Source of the DNA: Candidatus Pyrohabitans jungbluthii
Lineage (GTDB): Archaea; Hydrothermarchaeota; Hydrothermarchaeia; Hydrothermarchaeales; BMS3B
Reading direction: 5' to 3'
NCBI GenBank assembly: GCA_002010065.2
Contig: MTMD02000001.1
Location: 64,001 to 128,000, forward strand
DNA: 64,000 nucleotides
The position numbers and the translations under genes are program-made. Positions 20,406-29,563 of the stretch are shown in pieces (the first letter of the stretch is position 1; every line of letters starts with the position of its first letter). The notes below the pieces were generated by a model that made no database searches, was not told the origin of the DNA, and saw nothing but the letters and a program-made list of their open reading frames with translations.

Positions 20406-21455
20406 ATGCCCACCTACGCTATGCGCACTGTGCTTGGGGTTTTCCTATTCTCCGAGGAGGGGAAGCTTCTTACCTTTGAACCTTTTGCCGAAGAGGAAGC
20501 TGCAGAGAAGATTTCTTCTCCAGAACTTACTGAAGAGGAAAAGAAGCTGAAGGAGAGGTTTCCGGATGCGAGATTTGAGCCCATTGATGAATTTCCAACC
20601 CCAGGTGGCGAGTTCCTGAGGAGCAATCTGGACGCCATTCTTTCGCAAATTGGGATGAGTAGAAGCGAGTACTACTCCCGCCTGCGCCGCGTTGCCTTCG
20701 CAATTGTCAAGGCGAAGCTTAAACGCTCCCTTGAAAAGCGGGACCTGCTCATAAAGCAGGCTGTGCTTGCCCTCGAGGAGCTGGACGAAGCCCTGAATGT
20801 GCTCTCCGCTCGGCTTAAAGAGTGGTACCTCATCCACTTCCCGGAGATTGAGGATATAGAGGCGGAGAAGCTGGCTGAGCTAATTCATCGCCACGGCAGA
20901 AGGGAAGCTCTTCCCGGTTATGCGGAGCTTGCGCAGCGCTCGGCCGGGGCTGAGCTTACAAACGAGGACATTGAGATGCTCCGCACCTTCGCCAAAGATG
21001 TACACCAGCTTTATAAGCTCAGGGATAAGCTCCAGAGCTACCTGCAGCAGCTGATGGAGACGCTGGCTCCAAATGTTAATTATCTAGTGGGCGCTACCAT
21101 AGGCGCAAAGCTTATTGCGCTTGCCGGTGGTATAGCAAAGCTCGCGGGTATGCCGGGTAGCAGAATTCAGGTTCTGGGCGCCGAGAAGGCGCTGTTCCGC
21201 CACCTTCGCGGGCGCGGTAGACCGCCCAAGCACGGGGTGATATTCCAGTACCCAGCGATTAAAGCGGCGCCAAAGTGGCAGCGGGGCAAGATTGCGAGAA
21301 GCCTCGCAGCGAAGCTTGCAATTGCCGCTCGCCTCGATGCATTTGGCGGAGAGTTCGCTGCAGAGGAGCTGAAAGAGAAGTTTGAGAGGCGCGTTGAGGA
21401 GATTAAGAAAAAGTACCCAGCGCCGCCAAAGCGGAAGAGGAGGCGGAGACGGTGA
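20406..21455 (+). CDS. nop5: C/D box snoRNP protein Nop5 (Nop56/58)
   Basis: IQVLGAEKALFRHL and PPKHGVIFQ motifs. Confidence 0.96.
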   Translation: MPTYAMRTVLGVFLFSEEGKLLTFEPFAEEEAAEKISSPELTEEEKKLKERFPDARFEPIDEFPTPGGEFLRSNLDAILSQIGMSRSEYYSRLRRVAFAIVKAKLKRSLEKRDLLIKQAVLALEELDEALNVLSARLKEWYLIHFPEIEDIEAEKLAELIHRHGRREALPGYAELAQRSAGAELTNEDIEMLRTFAKDVHQLYKLRDKLQSYLQQLMETLAPNVNYLVGATIGAKLIALAGGIAKLAGMPGSRIQVLGAEKALFRHLRGRGRPPKHGVIFQYPAIKAAPKWQRGKIARSLAAKLAIAARLDAFGGEFAAEELKEKFERRVEEIKKKYPAPPKRKRRRRR

Positions 21456-22111
21456 AGATTCAGGAGCTCTTCGATGGAGTTTACAGGATTGGCGAGGACA
21501 TAGCCACGCTCAATCTCACACCTGGCAAGAGGGTGTACGGGGAGAAGCTGGTGAGATGGGGAGGAAAGGAATACCGCCTGTGGAATCCCTACAGGAGCAA
21601 GCTCGCCGCCGCTATTCGCCTTGGACTTGAGCAGCTTCCGCTGGGCAAGAGCGCAAAGGTGCTCTATCTAGGCGCCGCTCAGGGCACGACTGCTTCGCAT
21701 GTGAGCGACATAGCGCGGGAAGGCGTTGTTTACTGCGTGGAGTTCTCACCCCGAGCAATGCAGTCTCTTCTCGCCTTAGCCGAGGCGAGGGAGAATATCA
21801 TACCCATCCTGGCGGACGCCTCAAAGCCCGAGAGCTACTCATACCTTCTAGAGAAGGTGGATGTGGTCTATCAGGACATCGCCCAGGCGAAACAGAGCGA
21901 GATTTTGCTGAAGAATGTGCGGGCGTACCTGAAGGAAGACGGTCACTTTATGCACGTGATTAAGGCGAGAAGTATAGATGTAACAGCGAAGCCGGAAGAG
22001 GTGTTTGAAAAAGAAGTAAAAAAGCTCAAGGAGGCTGGACTGGAAGTTATTCAGAAGCTGAGGCTCGAGCCCTACGAGAAGGACCACCTCTTTGTGCTGG
22101 GTAGAGCTTAG
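21452..22111 (+). CDS. flpA: Fibrillarin-like 2'-O-methyltransferase
   Basis: WNPYRSKLAAAI and VLYLGAAQGTTASHVSDI motifs. Confidence 0.97.
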   Translation: MKIQELFDGVYRIGEDIATLNLTPGKRVYGEKLVRWGGKEYRLWNPYRSKLAAAIRLGLEQLPLGKSAKVLYLGAAQGTTASHVSDIAREGVVYCVEFSPRAMQSLLALAEARENIIPILADASKPESYSYLLEKVDVVYQDIAQAKQSEILLKNVRAYLKEDGHFMHVIKARSIDVTAKPEEVFEKEVKKLKEAGLEVIQKLRLEPYEKDHLFVLGRA

Positions 22112-22296
22112 CGGCGCCACTCAGCGTAAACCGGACAGGTGATGCACTCAGCCGGCGGGGAATTCTTGTCCTCTATCTTCTCGGGGCACTCAGGATAGCT
22201 TCCGGTGCAGTTGGGATACTTCCTGCGTATCTTCTCCCACGCAATCTCAGCCTCAGACTTCCTCCTGGGCATCTTTTTCTGCTGCTTCCTCGCCAT
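22108..22296 (-). CDS. Small basic Cys-rich protein
   Basis: 62 aa with C-x6-C...CxxC; downstream of the ASCH gene. Confidence 0.65.
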   Translation of the reverse strand: MARKQQKKMPRRKSEAEIAWEKIRRKYPNCTGSYPECPEKIEDKNSPPAECITCPVYAEWRR

Positions 22297-22350
22297 TCTT
22301 ACACCAAAAAAGTGTTGCTGTGCGGAGGGTATATAATACTTTTGGAAATC

Positions 22351-22668
22351 CTAAATAACAACCATCACCTCAAAATGCACTATGGTTACGAATTCACTTT
22401 CGCTCAGCTTTCCGTAAATTCGGCGCAGCACTCTGAGAAGCTCCTCTCTGCTGGCGAAGCCGTCCCGCCTGGCGTCCTCATCTGTAAGCTCGGCAATGCG
22501 TTTCACCTCGCTCCCTAGCACCCTTGCCTTGGCGAAGGGCTTGTGATTCACTGTAAGCTCTACCACCTCCCCCTTAGCGTACCTTCGCTTTCCCTTCCTC
22601 ACTGTCGTGCTCTTCCTGCCCCTGAGAATCAGCCCGACGTACTCAGGGTTGAAGTTTATTCTCCTCAT
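22351..22668 (-). CDS. ASCH domain protein
   Basis: ILRGRKSTTVR (GxKxxTxR) and LTDEDARRDGF motifs. Confidence 0.92.
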   Translation of the reverse strand: MRRINFNPEYVGLILRGRKSTTVRKGKRRYAKGEVVELTVNHKPFAKARVLGSEVKRIAELTDEDARRDGFASREELLRVLRRIYGKLSESEFVTIVHFEVMVVI

Positions 22669-24934
22669 ACCACACCCACACCTTTCTTATCGCCCTGGTG
22701 AGCGTGCCAAAGGCGTTGCCCAGCTCATCCCAGCCCTTGTGCTGAAGGCACTTTCCTATTACAACAAGCTCCTCTTCGGGCGTAAGCTCCGCTCTCCTTG
22801 CTCTTGAGAAGTGGTATCTCATCAGCGGCTTGGCGATGTCACCTATGCTCTCGTAATAGCTCAGGTTGGAGAAGTACTTCTCAAGTCTGGTTTTGGCTAC
22901 GCGGTCTAAACTCGGGTCTGGCACCTTCGCATCTATCTTTAGGCTTCTAAGCATAAGCATCGCCACGCTCGTGTTGAGACTCCTCAGTTCGTCTGCCAAG
23001 TACTCTATCAGCCTCTTAACAAACTCCGCATTTATCTCCGCAACCCTCTTCTCAAGGCTGGAGGTAAGAGGTTTGATTACAACTAGGGTATGCTCCCCGG
23101 AAATCTCATTTCTCTGCGCTGTTATGTGCACCGGCACAAAGGCATTGCGATCCCAGAAGCGCATAAGCTCAGCAGAAACCCCAAAACCAGCGGCAAGGTA
23201 GGCATCGCCCCTCTCCCTTGCCCACTTCTCCAGCTCACGCAGCGCAAAGCTTCCTATACCAAGGTTCATCGCCTTAGGGTGGGTGGCAATCCTCACTATG
23301 CGAAGCCCTCTCAGCTTTGGAAACTCCTCATCGCAGTAGTGCTTGAGTATCACATCGGGCACAATTTGACCCTTAGGTCTGTAACCCTGAGCCATCGCAG
23401 CAATTAGCTCATCCTCAATCTCGCCCTCCTCAGCCACGTGGAGCGAAGCCACCGTTTTCCCGTTCGCCACCACGCGAAAGGCGAAGTGCTTTGGAATGTC
23501 GCCGAGGATGAGCACATCTGAAGGCTTGTTGCGGTAGTGGGCGAGAATATATATCCCGAAGAACTCCCTCAGTAAGCGGTCGTTGGAGTAAAGCTCGTCC
23601 CTGTCGAGGGGCTCAAAGCTAAGCTCCCCAGCTTTAATTGCTTCAAGGTCTCCATCGGTAAGCTGCGCAGGCTTGGCGTCAAGCAAGAGCACATCGTATA
23701 ACCATGCTTCTACGGGGTCGCCAGCAGCATAGCGTATGGGCTCTGAGAGGTTCATCTTTACAACCTCGTACTCACCAGAGGACTCGAATTTTCTCAGAAA
23801 GCGTATGCTGAATCCTCTACCCGCGCCCTCGTAGCCATGAATGGTGCTGGAGAAGATTATGTAATCCGCCTCGCCTCTGGTTAGCTCCCACAGTACCTCC
23901 ACTGCAAGCGCAGCAGCCTCGTCCACAATTATGACATCTGCATAGTCCTTTTCTGTCAGCGCCCTGCGCGGCACCGCATATTCCACGCGGGCGTACCTGC
24001 TGTTTATCAGCGTTATAAGTTCGCCCTTTTTCCTCACAAAAAAATCCGTCATCCCCTGCCTTATCATCGCCTTCTTGAGAAAGAGGAAGTAGGTCTGCAC
24101 TGCTCGCGGAGAGGGTGCCACCACGAGCACGCGAACAGCGCGCTTAAGCCTGCGGTTGAGCACAGAGATTAAGTAAGGCGTGAGTATACCCAGAAGCGCC
24201 GTCTTTCCCCTGCCTCTATCAGCAGTGATAACCGCTGCCTTCCGCTTGCCTGCGAGAAAGCCCTCAAACCGGCGAAGCACATCTACCTGGTCCTGGGTGG
24301 CGCACAGCTTATACAGCTTCTTCTTTATCTCACTCTCCTCAGGTAGCCTGAGCTTCTGCTTCTTCTCAGCGGTTTGCTTTAGGTCAAAGCCCTTGAGCAC
24401 CTCTCCAGCGTCGCAGTCGAAGAAGATAGCTCCCGCTGCCTGCATGCTCTTCTCTATAAACCTGCGGTAAAAGCGGGGAACAACCTCGCTTCGCTGAGCT
24501 TCGCCAGCGAGGTCTTCATGGAGCCAGGATATTAAGCTGCGCCATGCTTCTGGCTGAGGCGAGAGGGCGAGGATTACTCCACCTTCGGCGATGGTTTCAA
24601 CAGCTATGCCAAGGTCATTGGGGTTGAATCCCTGCGTCAGGTCGATGAGCAGCGCTTCGTAGGTCTCGCCCAACACGCGCTGCGCCTCCCCGAAGGCTAC
24701 GAATGCACCAGAGAAGCGCTTCTTTGCAGCGTCTATAAACTCTTCCTTACCTAATACGAGCAGCTTATCCTTCTTACCTGCAATTTTCCTCCATGCCTTC
24801 AAGACACGTGCAGCTAAGGCGAGCGTCTCCGTGTCCACCTCAGAGGTGCACAGGAACACAGCAAAGCGGTGGCGGTTGCGCAGCGAAATATTGCTCGCCC
24901 GTTTCACCTCAGAAAGAAGAGCCTCCACCGACAT
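22643..24934 (-). CDS. tmcA: RNA cytidine N4-acetyltransferase TmcA/Nat10
   Basis: ITADRGRGKT, DEAAA, STIHGYEGAGRGF, HYRNKPSD and RIVRIATHP motifs. Confidence 0.96.
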   Translation of the reverse strand: MSVEALLSEVKRASNISLRNRHRFAVFLCTSEVDTETLALAARVLKAWRKIAGKKDKLLVLGKEEFIDAAKKRFSGAFVAFGEAQRVLGETYEALLIDLTQGFNPNDLGIAVETIAEGGVILALSPQPEAWRSLISWLHEDLAGEAQRSEVVPRFYRRFIEKSMQAAGAIFFDCDAGEVLKGFDLKQTAEKKQKLRLPEESEIKKKLYKLCATQDQVDVLRRFEGFLAGKRKAAVITADRGRGKTALLGILTPYLISVLNRRLKRAVRVLVVAPSPRAVQTYFLFLKKAMIRQGMTDFFVRKKGELITLINSRYARVEYAVPRRALTEKDYADVIIVDEAAALAVEVLWELTRGEADYIIFSSTIHGYEGAGRGFSIRFLRKFESSGEYEVVKMNLSEPIRYAAGDPVEAWLYDVLLLDAKPAQLTDGDLEAIKAGELSFEPLDRDELYSNDRLLREFFGIYILAHYRNKPSDVLILGDIPKHFAFRVVANGKTVASLHVAEEGEIEDELIAAMAQGYRPKGQIVPDVILKHYCDEEFPKLRGLRIVRIATHPKAMNLGIGSFALRELEKWARERGDAYLAAGFGVSAELMRFWDRNAFVPVHITAQRNEISGEHTLVVIKPLTSSLEKRVAEINAEFVKRLIEYLADELRSLNTSVAMLMLRSLKIDAKVPDPSLDRVAKTRLEKYFSNLSYYESIGDIAKPLMRYHFSRARRAELTPEEELVVIGKCLQHKGWDELGNAFGTLTRAIRKVWVWYEENKLQP

Positions 24935-24976
24935 GATACCCCCATCTAATTGCTAAAATAACAACAAAAAGGCTCG

Positions 24977-26059
24977 CTACATCAGGAGGCTGAGGTACTC
25001 TTTAAGTAGCGACGGGTAAAGGCGTGGGTTGAATAGGATGTTGGTTATAAAGTAGCACTCATGAGTGCAGCAGCAGGCATTGCTCTTTATTTCAGCAACC
25101 ACCCGCCTCGCGTCCTGCGATGCGAGTAGCTTATTTATGTCGTAGTCATACTCGCGCAGATTTCCCATCTTCTTCTCAAGAAGCTCACACGGGTAAACGT
25201 CGCCGGATTCTGTTACCACCAGGTTGAGCTTGCCAGCGTAGCACGGAATTAGCCTGCGCTTCTCCTTGGCGGTGCGATATATCAGCCTGCGCTGGAGAAT
25301 GTCCTGTGCCGCCTTCAGCCTAGCCCCCGGGAAGCGGTACACCTTAGCCTTTCCAGAGCGCAGCTCCTGCTCCATCCTCTCAATAAGTTCGCGATAGCGT
25401 TCCATATCCACGCGTTTCATCTTCTCGCTCACGTCGCCGCGAATGAGCGAGAGGGTGTGGGTTTTTATGCTCTCCATGCGGGAGACGTACTCGAAGATCT
25501 CCTCTATTTTATCCTGGTTGGCGGAGCAGAACACGGTGTTTATGCCAAGCTCGAAGTTCGGGTACTTATCAAGCAGAGGCGAAAGCCTCTCGTATGTCTC
25601 AAGCACCTTCTCAAAGTTGCCCCTGACTCCGCGAATGGTGTCGTGGTCCTCGGCTATGCCGTCCAGGCTTAGTTTCACTGTTACTGTGCTCTTTCGGCAA
25701 TGCTTCAGAATCTCTTCAGTCTTTTCTGCGATGCGTTGCGGAAGAAGCCCATTGGTGGGCAGGAGCATAATCACCGGCTTAGTGTGCCTGTAAAAAACCT
25801 TTGCAATCTCAACTATATCTTCGCGGAGGAACACCTCGCCACCCGAGAAAGCCAGCCAGAGAAGTTCAGGCATGCTGGAGGCGAAGCGCTCAATCTCTCC
25901 CAGAGAAAGCTCATCCTCTTGCACTCCTCTTTTCTCTTCATTTAGATAGAAGCAGAACCTGCAGGCGGAGTTGCACCGCCTGGTTACAAAGAAGGTAAGC
26001 TGCACAGGCTTATCCTTGATAAACACCTGCCTCACGTGGCGCAGCGGCGAGTACCTCAT
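24977..26059 (-). CDS. Radical SAM protein with a SPASM/twitch-like domain
   Basis: CNSACRFC, FSGGE, PCYAG...GDVYPCE...CCCTHEC. Confidence 0.92.
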   Translation of the reverse strand: MRYSPLRHVRQVFIKDKPVQLTFFVTRRCNSACRFCFYLNEEKRGVQEDELSLGEIERFASSMPELLWLAFSGGEVFLREDIVEIAKVFYRHTKPVIMLLPTNGLLPQRIAEKTEEILKHCRKSTVTVKLSLDGIAEDHDTIRGVRGNFEKVLETYERLSPLLDKYPNFELGINTVFCSANQDKIEEIFEYVSRMESIKTHTLSLIRGDVSEKMKRVDMERYRELIERMEQELRSGKAKVYRFPGARLKAAQDILQRRLIYRTAKEKRRLIPCYAGKLNLVVTESGDVYPCELLEKKMGNLREYDYDINKLLASQDARRVVAEIKSNACCCTHECYFITNILFNPRLYPSLLKEYLSLLM

Positions 26060-27060
26060 CGCAAAACCCCCAGCTTCGCTTTGAGTATGTAGAGTCCTGT
26101 GCCTAAAGCGGCGCCTATCGCTACTGCAACGGGGTAAACAAGGAAGAAGTAAGCCGTAGCAGCAATCGCGAAGCCTGCGCCTTTTGCATTATAAAAGCTC
26201 CTTATGAGATTGCGGCTTACGTAGAGGTTGAGGAACTGCGGGAGAAGGGCAAGAGCTAGGGGAGTGCCAAAGAAAGCCCAGCTTAAGAGCAGCGCAAGGG
26301 TGGCAAAGAACATTGCCACGTTCACCTTGAGCTCCACCGATGCAGCGCCAGAATCAGCGAGCAGATCGCGATTGCGCAGGGAGTAGAGCGTCCAGTACAT
26401 GCTCTTTCGCACAGCGTTTCTCAGGGATTTTAAAAGGTTGAAGTTGAAGATATGCCCCACCTGTATCCTGGGATCCAACCTGAGCCTGTAGCCAGCCCTT
26501 TTAAGTCTGTGGCTGAACTCCACATCTTCCACGCTGGTGGTGTGCCCCATGAGATTATCCCTTACAAAACCGCCAGAGCTTTTGAAAAGCTGCGCATCTA
26601 TAGCCAGGCAGTGCGTTGCGAGGTAGTCCGCCTCCTCGCGCTTGGTCTCGCAGTAGTTGACGTAGACCGATTGAAAGGTGCTGAAGAACCCCTGGGAGAA
26701 AGGTGGTATCTTGGTGTAGGTGCCGCCCACTATGCGAGAGCCGTTGCTCATGGCACGATTCACAAGCTTCAGCGTGTCCCTTGCGAGCACACAGTCCGCG
26801 TCTATGAAAAGCAGAACCTCGCCTTTGCTGTGCTCAGCGCCGACGTTTCGCGCCACGCTCGGGCCGAGCTGCCTCTCAAGCTTTATCAGCCTGCATGGAT
26901 AGCGCTTTATAATCTCTACCGAGGCGTCTGTCGACGCGTCATCAACCACGATTACCTCGAAGTTGGAGTAATCAGAAGCAAATACGCTCTCAAGGCACGC
27001 TTCCAGCGTAGCAGAGCCATTTCTGTTTGGTATTATCACAGAGATGAACTTCTCCTTCAT
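26056..27060 (-). CDS. Family 2 glycosyltransferase with C-terminal TM helices
   Basis: ISVIIP, VIVVDDASTD, FIDAD and EDVE motifs. Confidence 0.93.
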   Translation of the reverse strand: MKEKFISVIIPNRNGSATLEACLESVFASDYSNFEVIVVDDASTDASVEIIKRYPCRLIKLERQLGPSVARNVGAEHSKGEVLLFIDADCVLARDTLKLVNRAMSNGSRIVGGTYTKIPPFSQGFFSTFQSVYVNYCETKREEADYLATHCLAIDAQLFKSSGGFVRDNLMGHTTSVEDVEFSHRLKRAGYRLRLDPRIQVGHIFNFNLLKSLRNAVRKSMYWTLYSLRNRDLLADSGAASVELKVNVAMFFATLALLLSWAFFGTPLALALLPQFLNLYVSRNLIRSFYNAKGAGFAIAATAYFFLVYPVAVAIGAALGTGLYILKAKLGVLR

Positions 27061-27149
27061 TCATTTAAAAGCCACAGGTTAACCTGCCCTGCGATATTTG
27101 TAGGATGTTATCTATACTATATAGGACAATCACGGAGAGAGGTTTTAAA

Positions 27150-28850
27150 TTGCAAACAGATGAGCTTAAAAGTAAGCTGCTGAGCACCCGAGGCATAGCT
27201 GTCGCCTCTCTGGTTATAACCCTCCTGCTCTTCCACTTCCGTAGCTATGATGACAATCGCACTACAAGCTGGCGCTGGGTTTTTGCCAGCGGCGACACCA
27301 GCTTTGCTGTGCTGCTTTGCCTCTTCGCCTTGGGCATTGCCTATATATTCTCCAAAATTGAAGTAAAGGAGCGCCACGAGGGGAAGGTACTCTTCGCCTT
27401 CGCCTTTATCTCAGGCGTCCTTTTTCTCCCAATACCAGAGATTATGATAGACACAGCGCGATACTTCACCTATGCCAAGTACGCCGAGCTTTATGGCTTG
27501 GGCTACTTTGTGAAGGAGTGGGGGTACGCGATAAAGCCCTGGACAGACCTGCCTCTGGTGCCCTTCATCTATGGCATAATTTTCCGCTTTCTGGGTGAGT
27601 CCAGGCTGTACATTCAGGTATTCAATCTGCTCCTCTTCTCGAGCAGTGTGCTGCTAACTATGAGAATTGGTGACGTGCTCTTTGGAAAAGGTACAGGCTT
27701 CTACGCCGGCTTGGCTCTGCTCGCCATGCCCTACTTTCTCATTCAGGTGCCCCAGATGATGGTAGACGTGGCAACGATGTTCTTCCTAACCTTGGCGGTT
27801 TACTCCACAATAAACGCACTGGAAAAGGGCACCCTCGCTGCGGCAGCATTTGCAGGAGTTGCGGTAGCTTTAGCCTTCTTCTCGAAGTACTCCACCTGGA
27901 CAATGCTCTCCGTGCTAGCGGTGGTTTTTGTGATATATGCTAGAAAAAACATGGAGAAAGCGCTTAAAATATATACGATAATCGCTGCCCTTTCTGGCTT
28001 GCTAATCGCAGCGGTTATACTGCCAAAGCTTCCTGTGTTTGTAGAGCAAATCGAGCTCTTGAGGAGTTATCAAGCCCCAGGGCTGAGAAGGTGGAGTGAG
28101 AGCTACCTCTCGACCTTCTTCTTTCAGATTCACCCCTTTGTGAGCCTCGCCGCAATTTATGCCCTCTACCTGGCGGTAAAAGAAAGGCGTGGCGAAGTAG
28201 CCATAGCTTTGTGGCCTTTCTTACTGCTTTTTCTCCTGGATGTAAAGAGGATACGCTACACACTGCCCCTGTTCCCCATGCTGGCGCTGCTTGCGGGCTA
28301 TGCAATAAGCAGGGTAAAAGACGCTGAGACAAGGAAATTTCTCGCCGGTTACGCAATGAGCTTTTCCATTCTCCTCGCCCTCTTCGCCTTTCTGCCATTC
28401 ATTGAATCACTGAGCATTGTAAATCTTCGCGATGCTGGAGAGTTTCTCGACACCCTGAGCGTTGAAGAGGTTGAGGTCCATACGTGGGTACCGCCAAAGA
28501 CTAGCTACAACCCCAGCATAGCCGTTGCAATGCTTGACCTTTTTACGAGCAAAGAGATAATCTATAATCCTGATCCAATAATCCCGCCTGAGAAAGAAAA
28601 AATACTGCGCTCGCCCATAAGATTCACCTGGGAGTATGAGGTTCCCCCCTACTACAGGCGCAACTCCTCCGCAGAGGTCGTGGTTATAATTCAGAGGCAG
28701 TACAATGGCATGCCCGCATATCTTGAGCAGAGAGTTTCCAACCTGACCCTTCTCGCAAGATTCAACTCCACCATAGAGGGGCTATTCCGCTTCCGCACCC
28801 TCATAGATGTATATGGCCCTGCGCAGATTTCGCAGGTAGAGAAAAAATAG
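27150..28850 (+). CDS. Multi-TM GT-C fold glycosyltransferase (ArnT/PMT-like)
   Basis: Many TM helices, DTARYF loop, AFFSKYS and RYTLPLFP motifs. Start uncertain (27105/27150). Confidence 0.8.
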   Translation: MQTDELKSKLLSTRGIAVASLVITLLLFHFRSYDDNRTTSWRWVFASGDTSFAVLLCLFALGIAYIFSKIEVKERHEGKVLFAFAFISGVLFLPIPEIMIDTARYFTYAKYAELYGLGYFVKEWGYAIKPWTDLPLVPFIYGIIFRFLGESRLYIQVFNLLLFSSSVLLTMRIGDVLFGKGTGFYAGLALLAMPYFLIQVPQMMVDVATMFFLTLAVYSTINALEKGTLAAAAFAGVAVALAFFSKYSTWTMLSVLAVVFVIYARKNMEKALKIYTIIAALSGLLIAAVILPKLPVFVEQIELLRSYQAPGLRRWSESYLSTFFFQIHPFVSLAAIYALYLAVKERRGEVAIALWPFLLLFLLDVKRIRYTLPLFPMLALLAGYAISRVKDAETRKFLAGYAMSFSILLALFAFLPFIESLSIVNLRDAGEFLDTLSVEEVEVHTWVPPKTSYNPSIAVAMLDLFTSKEIIYNPDPIIPPEKEKILRSPIRFTWEYEVPPYYRRNSSAEVVVIIQRQYNGMPAYLEQRVSNLTLLARFNSTIEGLFRFRTLIDVYGPAQISQVEKK

Positions 28851-28859
28851 GGGGAGAGA

Positions 28860-29048
28860 CTAAATCCTCCTGTTCAACTCCTCAAGCAGCTTCTCGAGGT
28901 CTAACCCGCGGTCCTCAGCAACCTCTCGCAGTGTGCGCTTCATCGTAGTAAAGTCGCACTCACAGATATTGTGCTCCAAGAGGTAATCCACAGCTTCCGG
29001 ATACTCCCTGAAAATCTGGGCTATTTTCATATCAGGCGTTATCGCCAT
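28860..29048 (-). CDS. DUF1858-like small protein
   Basis: ITPDMKIAQIFREYPEAVDYL...CEC...TLREVAE.RGLDLEKLLEELN. Confidence 0.8.
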   Translation of the reverse strand: MAITPDMKIAQIFREYPEAVDYLLEHNICECDFTTMKRTLREVAEDRGLDLEKLLEELNRRI

Positions 29049-29052
29049 GGCG

Positions 29053-29508
29053 CTACCTCGCCACAAGAACGCTGCACGGCGCGCGCTCCACAACCTCCCT
29101 ACCAACGCTGCCCATCAGCATAGTCCTGCGCTTTGAATGGGGCCCCACAACGATGATGTCAGCGCCCTCCTCTTCGGCGGTCTTTATTATCTCCTCCGCT
29201 GGGTGCCCTATCTTAACTATCTCCTTCGCCACAAGCACACTGCTCTCGAGGCAGGTCTTTGCCGTTTCAAGCACCTTTTTACCACTCTCGGTGAGAAGGT
29301 CTGCAAAGTTCTTACCTTCCTTCTTTAGACTCTCCAGCACCTCAGTAAACTCTGGTTTTCCCAGAAGCTCATAGTCATAAAGGTCACTGAGGTGAGCTAC
29401 ATATACAAGACAAAGCTCTGCGCCGAACTTCTCGGCAAGTTTCCCCCCCATGTTCAAAGCTTTAACGGAACTCTCGCTCCCATCAAAAGCAACAAGCACT
29501 TTCTTCAT
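29053..29508 (-). CDS. Universal stress protein (USP)
   Basis: KKVLVAFDGS, GHPAEEII and MGSV...APCSVLV motifs. Confidence 0.95.
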   Translation of the reverse strand: MKKVLVAFDGSESSVKALNMGGKLAEKFGAELCLVYVAHLSDLYDYELLGKPEFTEVLESLKKEGKNFADLLTESGKKVLETAKTCLESSVLVAKEIVKIGHPAEEIIKTAEEEGADIIVVGPHSKRRTMLMGSVGREVVERAPCSVLVAR

Positions 29509-29527
29509 CTAAAATACACCTCCAATA

Positions 29528-29555
29528 TAAAAAGACGTAGGGAAGTCCCTACGTC
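29528..29555 (-). terminator. Hairpin plus T-tract terminator
   Basis: Minus strand reads GACGTAGGG-ACTT-CCCTACGTC followed by TTTTAT, just after the cupredoxin stop. Confidence 0.7.
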
Positions 29556-29563
29556 AGTAGCCT

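Noticed and set aside
20023-20550. 175-aa hydrophobic + strand ORF
   Set aside because: It is the antisense of the AT-rich frameshifted gene and overlaps nop5 out of frame.
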